This document shows positions 1-13,900 of a DNA stretch of 64,000 bases, piece after piece (within the stretch, counting starts at the first letter, position 1; each line of letters begins with the position of its first letter). Under the pieces are notes generated by a model. It was given only the letters and a program-made list of their open reading frames with translations, made no database searches and was not told the origin of the DNA. The stretch covers positions 14,660,851-14,724,850 of the forward strand of contig MU056000.1 of the NCBI GenBank assembly GCA_013239625.1. The letters run 5' to 3'. This DNA comes from Lama guanicoe (lineage: Eukaryota). The position numbers and the translations under genes were made by a program.

Positions 1-1715
1 CTCAAAACTGATTTTACAAGGAAAAGAAGGACCATTGTTGTAATAAAAACTAAATCTCCATAACCCCACATCTGTACCTAGTCTATGATTATATATCATG
101 TGTTGTGGTTTTTGTTTTGTTTTGTTTTGTGTATGTGTGTTGATTACTCTAGAACTCATTCCTCTGCATAACTCCATTTCTCAAAAGAACACTGGCTACA
201 GTCCTAATTTTCTTATTGTACAGGCAGGAGTAAGTGATTGCCTAGTGGTTATTTGAGACTTCTGGAGGTCAACATATGATCAGTGAACATAATATCAATT
301 TTCTGACTTGACCTTTGTGGTTTTGTGACTGGTTAGACTGACTTGAAAAATAATGGCTTTCATTAATCTATGCAGTGACCCAGAATTTTACATGATTATA
401 TTTTTGGATGCCATACATTTTGGTAAGTTTTAACTTTGTATATACAGTATTATCTGCAGACATAGATGTGTGAAAATTTTTAAATGAGTTTGCTTTTCTT
501 TTTATTCTTCCATAGCATGGAACTATCCCTCTTTGTTTTAGATGTCTGGGGATTAGTGGTGACTTTGGGACTTTAGAGAAGAACTTCCAAAAGTAAAAAG
601 CTGGTAAAACTCAGCTTTGACATAAAAAGTAGGATTTAACAGCAAGATACTAGGTGTGAGAAACAAGTGTTACTGACAGAGAAAGGATTTTCCAGATTAC
701 TTTGTAACTCTCTGGGCTGTCAACAACCAAGCCTGGAGGTCTCAAGTTTGTATAGCTATGCATGAGAAACATAGAGTTACTTGTTAATCAGCAATGGCCT
801 CTTCCAAGCAAGAAGGAAGTCCCAGAAGTGACAGGAAGGAGAAAACAAGAGGAAGAGAAGACAGCAAGCCATTAGGACTAAGTGTAACCTCCTTCTCTAG
901 GCTCTTGCCTGGAGAGAAGGCAGCTATGTTACTTACATGATGGACGATGCCCTGAGGGTTGATATGATTCATGTATCTATTTCCTGTTGGTAAATTGAAG
1001 GCAACAATGTGAGAAACAACAAAACAAATGGTGTAGTAGAATCAGACCACAACTCTGTGGTTGTAGCTATGAAATTTAACTTTACTGTTTCTCTGGGAGG
1101 AATCTCAGATGTTCCTGAGATTTTGTCTGGGGAACTTGCCATACAGCTACACCAGAGAAGGAGTGACATGTCTTTATAGGAAATTCTGCTAAATGAATCA
1201 TACAGTGAGGGGCCTGACCTCCAGGGCTCTACAATGTCAGCAGTTGTTGAGGGGAGTCCAAAGCAAGGTAGAACCCATAGATCTGTCCACGTAGGACTTA
1301 CACTAGCCACAAAATTTAGCCACACATATCTGTAGACAGGAAGGAACACTTTGGAGACTAGCAGGGGCCAATGACATCATGCTCCAGGACCTCCACTCTT
1401 TCAGCTAGCACCCACCCACTTGCTTCTCTCTGCATGGTCCTGCTGCTCATGGAGAGAACGATGGAAAGAGGGAAGCAGCTGGCTGGGCAGTTCAACACCT
1501 GGGAGATGGAGTTTCTTATTTATGTGATAACCAAAGATGATTATTTAAATTTGTTTATTTTTCTAAGCTTAAATTGGATAGACAATATGTTTTCTCCAAT
1601 TAATCAACATGTGGGTTTTGTGAAGAAAATCAAATCAGCAAAAGGTGAAATAATTGTATTTTAATTGCTCATCTAAGATAAGGTGTAGGGTAAGTCTACA
1701 CCCCAATTGTTTTAT

Positions 1716-1775
1716 ACACACACACACACACGCACATACATATACATACATTCACACATTCACATGCAAATATAC
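1716..1775. repeat. (CA)n / (CATA)n microsatellite
   Basis: tacacacacacacacacgcacatacatatacatacattcacaca seen directly. Confidence 0.85.
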
Positions 1776-2926
1776 ACCAAGATAGGACCTTAAGTGATTT
1801 ATTTATCTACTCATATTTAGGCTATTTTATGACTCAGAATTTTTCAAACCCAGAATTTATCTTTCTCTGAATTTGAAAAAGGGGGTCTCTTATTTGACAG
1901 AATAGCAAAAGGCAGTATTTGTCCATTAATGCTACAATTCAGTCATTTTTCTTCTCAGTCCAAATTATAGAACTGTCCTAAATGTCCTGCCTAAATATAT
2001 GTATGTACTTGTATATGTGTTTTTGTGTACACACACATACTATATGTTAAATATTTTATTAAGGCATTTAATAAATTAACTTAAAATTTTACATTGATGT
2101 TTAATAGGAAAAAAAATACAAGAATGGGTATTGCTTCTTACTTTCTCACCAATAATCAATTTAGAGAAAAAAATACAAATTGAGAGAGTAAAGATTCTAC
2201 ATAATAGTGTGATTACCATATACAATGCATGTGTTTGTGTGTTTATGTACATTTACCTTCAGGTACAAATACCCAGCTACCTCCAACCCCATTTCAGGTT
2301 AGATTTTAAGTCCTGCTGATTGTAAACTACTGTCACTGTGTCTACAGCTACGCTTTATTTTCTTATGCAGAAACTACTAGAACAGTAACCAACAAGTGTT
2401 TTCTTTGCTGTAATTGCCTAACTTCTCTGAGTTTCTTTTTCGCTCTGTACATGATGCTAAAGAAATTTCCCATGAACAGTTTTCTTACATTGCCCTTCAA
2501 CTCAAGTGACTTCTTACATTCCAGTACTGCAGTCATAACTCCCAAGCTCACATGGTCTCCACTAACTGACCTTCTCATAGAGCTGTAATCTTCAACATTA
2601 TTTCTGAAGCCAAGGACAGTCTGAGGCCCGAGATGATCAGCATATGGGTTTCTGGGTTTTTGGTTTTGTTTTGTTGTTTTTATCTCACTTCTTTAGTATG
2701 CTTTAGTATGTCCATGATATTTCTTTATACATTTTGACAATTCATTACCATTAAATATTTCAACAACTAACTAAAAATCTCAAGCCTTCTAATAGTTTTT
2801 ACAATGTTTCTCTGTTTAGTTTACAATAAATCATTTCACTCAATATTCAGTTGGCTCTGTATTATTGTGTAGATTCTTACACAGCTTTGTAATATTTTAA
2901 TATTGTCTCATAAACAATCTTTTGCG

Positions 2927-3375
2927 TCTTATGAGTTAAATAGTGCCTACCACCTTCAAATTCATATGTTGAAGTGCTAACCCCAGTATCTCAGAATGTA
3001 ACCTTATTTGGAGGTAGGATATTTACAGAGATAATCAAGTTAAATGAAGGCATTAGGTTGGGCCCTGATCCAGTGTGACTAGTGTACTTCTAAAAGGGGA
3101 AATTTGGAAGCAGGCACGTGCACAGGGAGAAACCCAAGTGAAGGTGGCAGAAATCAGAGTGACGCTTCTACAAGCCAGGAACTCCTCACACTGCCAGCAA
3201 ACCTCCAAAAGCTCTGCTAGAGGCGGGGAACAGATTGTCTCACCGTCCTCAGAGGGAACCAGTTCTGCCAACACCTTACTCTTGAACTTCTATTCTCCAG
3301 AACCGTGAGACAACACATTTCTGTTGTTTCAGCCACCTAGGGTGTGGATTACAGTAGGTCTAGCAAATTAATATA
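2927..3375 (+). mobile_element. MaLR solo LTR, MLT1A/B-like
   Basis: Typical MLT1 motifs: aaattcatatgttgaagtgctaacccc, gtaaccttatttgga, ctgccaacacctt...ttgaacttctattctccagaaccgtgaga, ending ctagcaaattaatata. Confidence 0.85.
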
Positions 3376-4784
3376 CTCCTCTGAGGAAAGAAAAACATCT
3401 CTTACTGCATCGAAAACCATGCTGCTTACACAGGGCAAGTGGAAGGCATGCAAAATATAGGGAGTTTTGACTCATTTAAATATTCAAATATGCTGAAACT
3501 AAATTTTATTTAAATAAAAGCATAGCATAAAACTTCCTGATTTTAGATGTGTAAATCAAATGAGTAGAAGGAATTTAAAAAGCGCTACATTTAAACAAAG
3601 TCTAAATAAATGTATTAGTTTCTATTTCTGGCTATAAATGAATCATCAGCATTATTTGCACTTTCATGCCATTCACAAGTTGATCCCTTTTACTGGGATA
3701 TTTTATCCTTCTAACTTTGCAAAAGAAGATACAAATATCTTATTTCCTTTATGTAAATAGGCATGCCATTTTGTTTCATACGATGACCTCATCTGATCTT
3801 CATTTTTTATCTTTGAATTTTTTCACTTAAGTATCCTTGTAAGAGTTGATACAATAAAAAGAGTACTTAATCAGAACTTCAAATTAACCAAAAGTTTACA
3901 TTGCTGTTACTAATTTCTGTAGAAAGACATATGGTACCCATATTTTACCTTAAAATGGCACAGGTTTTCATATATTTAAAAAAAAACTTTTGAGGTACCA
4001 AATAAAGTTAAAAATTTTTAAACAGTAATATTCATGTCACACACACACACAATTTGAAATCCTTATTGATGTTTCAACATTTCCATAAAGAAAAGTATCT
4101 TAAACATGTGACATACATTAGAAGTTAAGACATTATATCAATTGGTACAATCTCCATTGGGTTGTAAAAATTACAGCACACAACTTTATGAACACTAAGT
4201 ACAAATAAAAACAATAATTGAAGACATTTTGACAGCTGAAGAACTTTTGTATGAATTAATACTATCTTTGGAAGCTATGGCAATGTTTTAGTATGTGTAG
4301 AAAATTGCAGTATTAAGTGTATGTTTCTTTAGTCAAAAAAATTATTTGATGAAAATGACCTGATAGTCAAATCTATTAATTCAATATTTTGATATTATAT
4401 AAAGAGAAGCATTAAGGAATAATCAAACAAAATATATTTTAAAATGAAACAAGTATGTACATGCATCTATACACCAAAGTAGAAATGTGAAACACACTGA
4501 CAGCACTAAATTGTCCTTGTCAGTTTTCATGGAGAAATAGTTGAATTATTTATGAAAAGAAAAGGTGATTATATTTTTCTTGTCTGTCTCTTTAAAAAAA
4601 AAATTCAAAGATTTCTTCAAAGCTGAAAACTAAGTTTTTGGTCAGTCATAGTGACTTCAATCTGAACAGATCCACCCTTCACTGACTTTTGTTCTCTTTG
4701 TACCCCATCCATCCACTTTCAGTACCATTTCTATCAGTAATTTCTTCATCTACCTTACAGAACAAATTCTCACATTTTTAATAG

Positions 4785-4893
4785 AAAAAAGAAGGGAAGG
4801 AAGATAGGAAGGAAGAAAGAGAAGGAAGGAAAAAAGAAGAAAGAGAAGGAAGGAAGAAGAAAGAGAAGAGAGAAAGAAAGAAAAGGAAAGAAA
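4785..4893. repeat. Purine-rich (GAAA/GGAA)n low-complexity tract
   Basis: About 105 bp almost entirely A/G on the + strand. Confidence 0.9.
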
Positions 4894-5337
4894 CATAGTC
4901 TAACCTTTAAGAGTTTTATTAAAATTAACCACTGGTCTTTACTTCTGGAACCAAGTAGCCCAGATATTTTTTAACCTTATGCCATATCCTATAGGCCTTT
5001 AATCATTGCAGATTGTGCTGCTTTACCTTTGACTGCTAATAATATATTAATAAAACCTGAACAGCAAATTATTTATCATCAGTGGCTAACTTCTGAGCTC
5101 TTTGTATAAGTTTACTGTACAATTTTTTTTAAACTTCTGTTTTGTTCTTAAGTTTGTGCTTCATTCTGATTGTAGCTCACCTTTGATAATCAGAACTTCC
5201 TGACAGCAATAGCGTTCTCTCACTGTATGCTTTTCACTTGGGGGCAAAATTGTTTAAAATATACTGTCAAAAATATATGATGAAGAAAATAATCTTCAAT
5301 AACCACCACTTGGAGAAATTACTAAATCTTGACAGAG

Positions 5338-6330
5338 ATACAGGTAGCTCATACAACTTAATAACAACAACAGCAAAAAAACTCAATCCAAAAATGGGCA
5401 GAAGACCTAAACAAGCAATTCTCCAGTAAAGACATACAAATGGCCAATAGGCACATGAAAAAATGCTCAATATCATCAATTATCAGAGAAATGCAAATCA
5501 AAACTACAATGAGGTGTCACCTCACACCAGTCAGAAAGGCCATCATTCAAAAGTCCACAAACGATAAATGCTAGAGAGGGTGTGGAGAAAAGGGAACCCT
5601 CCTACACTGCTGGTGGGAATGCAGTTTGGTGCAGCCACTATGGAAAACAGTGTGGAGATTCCTCAAAAGACTAAAAGTAGACTTACCACATGATCCAACA
5701 ATCCCACTCCTGGGCATATATCCAGAGGAAACTATAATTCGAAAAGATACATACACCCTAATGTTCATAGCAGCACTATTTACAGTAGCCAAGACATGGA
5801 AATAACCTAAATGTCCATCAACATATGACTGGATAAAGAAGCGGTGGTATATTCATACAAATACTACTCAGCCATAAAAAAAAAAAAAGAGTAGAATTTA
5901 CCATTTGCAGCAACATGGATCGACCTGGAGATCATCATACTAAGTGAAGTAAGCCAGAAAGAGAAAGAAAAATACCATATGAGATCACATATATGTGGAA
6001 TCTAAAAAAAAGACACAAATGCACTTATTTACAAAACAGAAACAAACTCACAAACATAGAAAACAAAATTCGGGTTACCAGAGTGGAAAGGGGGTGAGAA
6101 AGGATAAATTGGGAGTTCAAGATTTGCAGATACTAACTACTATATATAAAATAGATAAACAATAAGGTCCTACTGTATAGCATAAGGAACTATATTCAAT
6201 ATCTTGTAGTAACCAACAAAAGAAAAAGAATATGAAAAGGAATATATGTATGTATATGTATGACTGAAACATGCTGTACACCAAAAATTGACACAACATT
6301 ATAAACTGACTGTACTTCAATTAAAAAATA
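5338..6330 (+). mobile_element. 5'-truncated LINE-1 (ORF2 3' end plus 3' UTR, A-rich tail)
   Basis: Canonical L1 text (aaatgcaaatcaaaactacaatgag, atgttcatagcagcactatttaca, ctaagtgaagtaagccag) followed by a laurasiatherian-type 3' UTR ending ctgtacttcaattaaaaaa; no clear TSD found. Confidence 0.95.
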
Positions 6331-6584
6331 TCATTTGTTGTGTGGGTGACATTTTAGAAATTTTGGGAGAAATCCTATCCATGTGTACATTGGGCTATAA
6401 ATGTAGATTGACATGGTATTTTGATAGATCTCTTGTTAAGGAAAAAAAATTTATTTTCTGACTTGAAAAGAAAGCTAAATGTTTTGAAAATTTAGCATTT
6501 AATCATACTCAACATGTAAAATTACATTGAAACAGAGGGGGAAGAAATTGTAAAAAGAAAAAAAAAATGTACCAGAGAGAAACC

Positions 6585-7011
6585 ATTTCAGAATGCAGTT
6601 CCTCATGGTGGGAGGACTGAGGTTATGACGCGCTTGCTTCCTGCCAGCTGAGGATTGTTTTTAGCTGTTAGAGGCCATCTTCATCCCTTGACTCACGGAC
6701 ACACATGACCCCCTTGCTTCATCCTCAAAGCCCTCAATGGCACGTCAAAGCCCTCATGCTCCCCATCTCTCCTCCTCCTTCCTCTGCTGCCATGTGTCTC
6801 TGACTGTTCTGTCTTCCTCTTCCACTGTAAGGAACCATGCGATTCCATCTAGCCCACCTGTATAACCCAAGACAATCCCCCTATTTTAAAGTCTGTAATC
6901 TAGATTCCATCTGTTAAGCCCCTTCGGCCATGTAAGAGAATCAATACCTAGGGAGGGGAGATTACATTTGCAGGGGATGGGGCAAAGGGGGACGCTATTC
7001 TGCCTACCATA
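6585..7011 (-). mobile_element. MaLR LTR fragment (MLT1D/E-like)
   Basis: gcccacctgtataacccaagacaatcccccta and terminal ctattctgcctacca match the reverse complement of the MLT1 5' end. Confidence 0.75.
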
Positions 7012-8324
7012 TAAAGCCCTTCTGAGGAGTCACCCCTGTTCCCGTGTGACTGAGGTCTCTCTCTTCTCATCACTGGGATTATAAACTATTCCGAGCTGTG
7101 GGAAACACTTTGCCTCCTGATTTCTAATGATTTTGCCCTTCAGTCATTTTCTCTCAGATCAAAGTCCATATTTTTGGAGGTCTTCATGCAGTATTTCCTT
7201 CCATAAATCTGTTCCATAGTTTCTGGCCATCTTAACCTCTCCAAATTCTAACCTCTGTCTCCTTAGTTCAGCCAGGCGACAGGGCTGCATTTTGCTTTCA
7301 ACTTCCTACAGTGTTGATGTACTGGGAAATATCTCACCTCATTTGCTTCCCTTTCCTCAGGGACCATAGTTCTTTGATCTTTATGGTGCAATGTCTAAGA
7401 TAATTGTTTCCTATGTTTTGTCTAATTTCCTGGTTTAAATTTTATACTGCATGAGGATAAAATTTGTAGCTATTAATCGTTATGAGCAGAAGAGGATGTC
7501 CTTCAATACATGTTGACTGAAGAAAACTTTCCTACTGCAATTTTTATACTATGTTTTTTATAGTGTAAAACTTGGCTGATAGTTTCAGAACTTAACTTAT
7601 ATTAGTCTGAATTTTTTACTGATTATAAAATCTAAAGAACTGGGGAGTAGTTTGGGTTTAGCAGGAAAACAGATCCTTAGGCAAAAATAGCTCCCAGTTT
7701 AAATGGCATTTACTCTTTCCATAAAAATACATGGTGAGGCTGTCAATACTGAGTATATAAAGACCTGTAATACTACTGAGAAAAAATAAACACCTCCCCA
7801 GTTTCGAATAAAGGAAATATTTGCTCAAAATTTGGATTTGCACAGTAAGTGTTTGGGTTTTAAACTATATATTTGTAGCTTAGAAAATTCTTTGTAATTG
7901 AAACTGTTTCAGGTAAACTATATATTATGAGTTTGAAGTGACCTAGCACCTAATTCCTAGATGGCCAATTTTCTTTTGCAGTGAAACATTTTCATTAATA
8001 AGAAGATTTTTGATAACACATGCTTTTTCAAGAGACCCTCTATCCTTTTGTAGGTTAAAAGGCTCTATTTCAAAGAGGACAGACCTGTCCTGTAAAATGG
8101 GCACAGTTCATTTTTATATGGATTATGGATTGGCAGCTGTCAATAATCTTGACAGAGGATGTAATTCAGCACTAATTTGTACATTTTTTCTAAGCACTGA
8201 AGCATGGCAGGATTGTCACAGATATTAGTCATTACTGGGAGAATAAAGCTAGCTACCAATTTATTGCAGAGAGATGTTTTTGTCTGTATTGTTCACAAAG
8301 AGACTGCCTCACTCCGAATACAGT

Positions 8325-8480
8325 ATTTCTCAGTGCTGCTTATGTATTAGAAACACCTGCAAATCTTAAAGAACTCCTGATATCTAATCTAATCTAATCA
8401 GAACAAAAAATGGGAATAAACAAATATAAACTTTCTGCATGATACTAACATATGCCCAGTGTTATAAACCACTCTTTGAG
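8325..8480. mobile_element. MER5-like hAT-Charlie MITE remnant
   Basis: cagtatttctca...attagaaacacctg...ttataaaccact resembles the MER5 termini. Confidence 0.5.
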
Positions 8481-10569
8481 TGAAAGGGCCTTAGACTTAA
8501 GCAAATAAGCAAGGAAATCATTATCTTAAATATCTATGTAAGTCTGATTTATCCACACAAAGCTGAAGCCTCTTCATAAATCTTGTCACTTTGTTTAAAG
8601 AATCAATTGATTTTTTTTGCTGAGATCATGAACATTGTTCTGAACTTCTTTGCTCCTATCTTTTTATAATTTAATAAAATAATATAAATCTGACTTCCTT
8701 TTTAACAGGCATCTTTTTATTATAGTATACATGATTTCCTTTTCATTACAAGACAATAAAATTTAAAAGGTTTTTATATTTATAACATTTTATATTTATA
8801 ACATTTAAAGAATGTTATACTATTCCTGAATATGACATTGCCTGTGTTTCTTAAGCTTTAATTTCAATGAGGAAAAAGGAACAAAATCTAATCACAAAAA
8901 AAAATCACCAGAAGTTAACTTATGTTTTTAACTGTAAAATATTTGTCAAATTTTTCATTTTCTTTCCTGTCTCTTAAAAAAGCTCAAACTGTTGGCAGTC
9001 GAATCCTTCTCAGAAAGAACCCCATGCCACCCGCTCTCTGCCTCCCTTCATATTTCACTGCTGCCAGCAAAATCCTCCTATCCACTTATTCAGTATTTCA
9101 TGAACATATTCGTTGTTCCCTCAAGAGTTTGGAATTCAGTGAATAACAATGAGGAAACAGCTAAAAGGAAACAGCAAGAGAAGTGTTTTGGCCAGAATCA
9201 ACCTTCCTAAAGTTTCTGATGGTGTAGGCATGACTGGCACCTGCGACTTGATGCTGGAAGCAGCAGGAAGTGATCATAATGCGGGTTCCAGGAGGAGCTT
9301 GGTAAAACCTAGATAGCCTAGCACCCTGCAAGTTATTACAGTAGGAACACGTTTCAGAGAAGACTTTCTACTCAGAGGAAGCTGACAAGGCAGAACACAC
9401 AAAGTGGTCCAAGAATCACTTGGATTGTTACAACTTAACGGTTCAACAAACTAGTGGCTTCAAACGAATATAGTAGTTTTGATTGTTGAGACTACTGAAG
9501 ATATTGAGAAGGGAGGGGCATGACGATGCAGGAGCTTTCTTCTGCATAAAAACAGCCAGCTGGAGCCATGGGTGGTCTAAATGCCTCTGAATCTATAAGT
9601 AACAGGCTGTAAATTGGGGAGAGCTGCCGGCCTCTCCACTCTGAAGAACCACACTTTCGGTGGGAGGTTGGGCTTGCCAACCCCCCGACCCCTGCCTTCG
9701 TTGCCCTGCCACCAGTCCCTTCAGAACTGCTCTGCATCAGGCTTTAGCCCAACTCCTAGATTTCCTTCTCTCACATAGTCCTATAGTAGACAATACAATA
9801 TTGATAATCTATATGCATTGTTTTGTTTGAAAGTGCCTAATTTCTTCACATATTTCATGTTATAGCTGCAAATGCTCGGAAGAGAACAATGATGTTACGT
9901 TCCATTTTCCATCTCGCCACCTAACACACTGCACTAGAACAGATCGGTGGTTTCCTGTGGATCACAGATCTAATGAGCCATATGCCGCCCTACGTTGCAG
10001 CCTTGACCTCAGTGTTCTACCACTCACGGAGCATCCAAACTCCATCTTCACCCACGGATCCAGCCATGTACCGTCTCACTCATCAATGTGGATGCTATAG
10101 ATATGACCAACTTTTGAATTTCCAATAAATTAAAATGTATCTTGGGAATGAATGAATGGGAATGAATGACCCTGATCTTGGTCAGTGAAGGGAGGAAAGT
10201 TAAACGTGGAGTAAATTTAAACAGTGTGCCTACTCCAACCATAGTTACATTTCTCTCTGACAGAGGTTTAAAACAGAATTGAAAGAATACTTCATACTCA
10301 ACAACTCCAGTATTTCACAAGAGGCTAGTAACTGTCCAGTAACTAGCGCAGTTAGTTATCAGGTGTTAATGTTTTCTTTAACGTACCTAGCCTTTTGAAT
10401 ACCTTTTTCTGATTTGTTTTAGAGTGTGTCTGCATGTGTGTATAGGTATTTATATCTGAATAATAGTGAATACACATATATAATTCTACCAGCTACTAGT
10501 AACTATTTCATTAAAAATTATAATAATATCCATAGATAAATATGGAATCAAGCCCTTATAGCAAGTAGG

Positions 10570-10972
10570 AATACTGAAAAATGTTCTATTCTGCAATTGA
10601 TGTTTGCTTTCCATTTTCGTTACTCAGCCCATAGTAGCTCCATTTCTGAGATCAGGTGGTAGTATGCAGAGATCTTTCCCACCACTTACCTTAGCCTAGT
10701 TTGAACTGCAAGGCCCTGCAGAATGATCCTTTGGATTATATTTACAACCAAGTCTATGATATTTTGAACAATAATACTGAAAAATGTTCTATTCTGCAAT
10801 TGATGTTTGCTTTCCATTTTTGTTACTCAGCCCATAGTAGCTCCATTTCTGAGATCAGGTGGTAGCATGCAGAGATCTTTCCCCCACTTACCTTAGCCTA
10901 GTTTGAACCGCAAGGACCTGCGGAATGATCCTTTGGATTATATTTACAACCAAGTCTATGATATTTTGAACA
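10570..10972. repeat. Tandem duplication of ~200 bp (copies 10570-10770 and 10773-10972, 'at' at the junction)
   Basis: Both copies run aatactgaaaaatgttc...gatattttgaaca; 5 substitutions and one 1-bp indel counted by eye. Confidence 0.97.
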
Positions 10973-13900
10973 GTTTAGGAATTATACCATCAAATATTCA
11001 GACTCTGAAACTTCTCAATTTAACTTTTCACTTTAACTCTGAGCATTACTTCTCCCTTGGGATAAGAAGTGATGATTCACATACATCATTCAATCATCCT
11101 TGGTCTCAGTCTATAGTTCTCTTTATTACTAGGAAATTTGGGGATAAAGTAATAGCGAATTAAGTAATACATGATTTGTTTCCAAAAATGTATGCATTTG
11201 TATTAAATTGCAACAGAATATGTATGACCACAACATATAATGGATATAGAATAGAGGTGTATTTTCATAAATAGATTATCAATTCTTATAATGATGTTAG
11301 TTTCCCTTTAAAAATGGAATTTTTTAACCATGGAAAGCACTGAAATCTATTAATTAGTTACTTTACATATAATGAAACTGTATTGTGCTATACAAATTAG
11401 CAGTGTTTTGACACATTTTAAAATATTTGACAAAATATATGTTCCTATAAATCATAATTTTATAAAAACAAACAATAAAGGGGAACTAAAAGAAACAGAA
11501 AACATACTGATGCAATATGGAGGGTTAAGCTCTTAGGGTGTAAAAGATATTAGAGCTATAAATCATGAAAAATCAAATGCCTTATAATTCGAATACTGAG
11601 CATCTAGAATTAGAGTGGCACCAGAGCCAAAAGGCAAAATGAAAACAAGACCAAATACTCTTTTCAATGTATGGAAAAAACTTCAGAGAAAAAATAATCT
11701 TTTTGAAGAATGAAGCATACTAGAAAATTTGTCCAAAGTTTCTCCTTTTGTGAAATATTTACAGTCTTCTGTGGCATCAAAATGGGGCTACATTTTGCTA
11801 CAGAAACTTAAAGTTGTGGTATCCTAGCCTTCACACCCCATATACTTGAGAAATATGAATTAATATTTAGTGAAAATCTATTTGGGGGATTTGGAAAAGT
11901 TTAGGAGCAGACTTATTTTACATTTATATTTCCCCATAGAGCATAGAAATTAATCTTCCCTTTTGTGTTTGAGAAAATTTACTTTGAGGGCCATTCTCTT
12001 TTGTAATAGAAAATACATCATTTCTTTGGACAGAGAAACTCACAGACTTATGACTTGACTTGTCAACAGAAAAAGAGAAGTGCAGAGACATTGACGGACT
12101 AAATGCCCCCATTTCCCTAAAATACGGAACATTAAGTGGGAGTGTAAGAAATGGGCAGGCACTCAAAATCTGCAATTCACAAAACAGAATGATCTAAAAT
12201 GAGAATGAGAGGAGGTGCAGGGAGTGAGAGCTGGTTTTAAAACTACCCCTAATTAAATTGATCAGAGCCAGTTGTCCAGTGCAATCATCATGTGGATAAG
12301 CTGGATGCTTTAAAGGAAAACGTTCTTTCATCTCCTGATTTTAATTTATTTTTCTTCACAGTAGACTCTAATGCATAACCTCATATGCCCATGTTAATAT
12401 TTTAATTATATAATTGCAGTGGGTTTTTTTGTTTTGTTTCATTTTTGCTGGGAGGACACATGACAAAACGAGGGAATATCAAGCTACTAAGTAGCTTGAC
12501 CTTTGGGTCTTGTCTGGCTTTGTGGCTGAAAGCATATGTGGCTCTAGCAGCATGTCATGCAGAATAATGACAGAATAATCACCGGGGCATGAAACCACAA
12601 CCTGTAGGGAGTTAATCATGACCATTAATCTCCGCCACATTCTTCTGCATTTTGAGGATGGGAGCAGTGACAGAAAAAGATTTCATGTTGTTTATTGAAT
12701 ATAAATGAGTACAAATCAACTGCTCAGCTTCTTGGGAGAAGTGAAAAAGGAAACGGTATTAGATGTTAACTAATCTGAAATTGCATATTGTGTGAAATTG
12801 AGAATCACTTCTGTTGGGAGACATTTGATCTTTGCACTGTAACGGTCTCATCCTAGGACTTAAGAGTTTGTATCTACATGGCCAAGATCATACCATCAAA
12901 ATTCTCAGGGACAAAAAAAAATCTGAAAAAAGTTTAGGGAAAATAAACTTTCCTGATATCTATCCTCATTTGAAATAAATTATAGTCATGAAACTCAAGA
13001 AAAATTAATTTATCTTTTTGAACCTCTAGACTGCCTTTCTAGGACTGTCTCACATGAGATTACCGCCTATACAGAATTAATGTTAATTTGCAGCACTAGT
13101 TTGAAAGGCCCTGCAGAATGATCCTTTGGATTATATTTACAACCAAGTCTATGATATTTTGAACAGTTTAGGAATTATACCATCAAAGTATTCAGACTCT
13201 GAAACTTCTCAATTTAACTTTTCACTTTAACTCTGAGCATTACTTCTCCCTTGGGATAAGAAGTGATGATTCACATACATCATTCAATCATCCTTGGTCT
13301 CAGTCTATAGTTCTCTTTATTACTAGGAAATTTGGGGATAAAGTAATAGCGAATTAAGTAATACATGATTTGTTTCCAAAAATGTATGCATTTGTATTAA
13401 ATTGCAACAGAATATGTATGACCACAACATATAATGGATATAGAATAGAGGTGTATTTTCATAAATAGATTATCAATTCTTATAATGATATTAGTTTCCC
13501 TTTAAAAATGGAATTTTTTAACCATGGAAAGCACTGAAATCTATTAATTAGTTACTTTACATATAATGAAACTGTATTGTGCTATACAAATTAGCAGTGT
13601 TTTGACACATTTTAAAATATTTGACAAAATATATGTTCCTATAAATCATAATTTTATAAAAACAAACAATAAAGGGGAACTAAAAGAAACAGAAAACATA
13701 CTGATGCAATATGGAGGGTTAAGCTCTTAGGGTGTAAAAGATATTAGAGCTATAAATCATGAAAAATCAAATGCCTTATAATTCGAATACTGAGCATCTA
13801 GAATTAGAGTGGCACCAGAGCCAAAAGGCAAAATGAAAACAAGACCAAATACTCTTTTCAATGTATGGAAAAAACTTCAGAGAAAAAATAATCTTTTTGA

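Noticed and set aside
560..1510. Possible old LTR or LTR-internal fragments
   Set aside because: The composition is suggestive, but I could not identify termini or diagnostic motifs well enough to call a feature
8770..8806. Small tandem repeats (17-bp unit here; ctttagtatg x2 at ~2691; tggtatca x3 at ~40070-40105)
   Set aside because: Ordinary slippage micro-duplications with no evident functional signal
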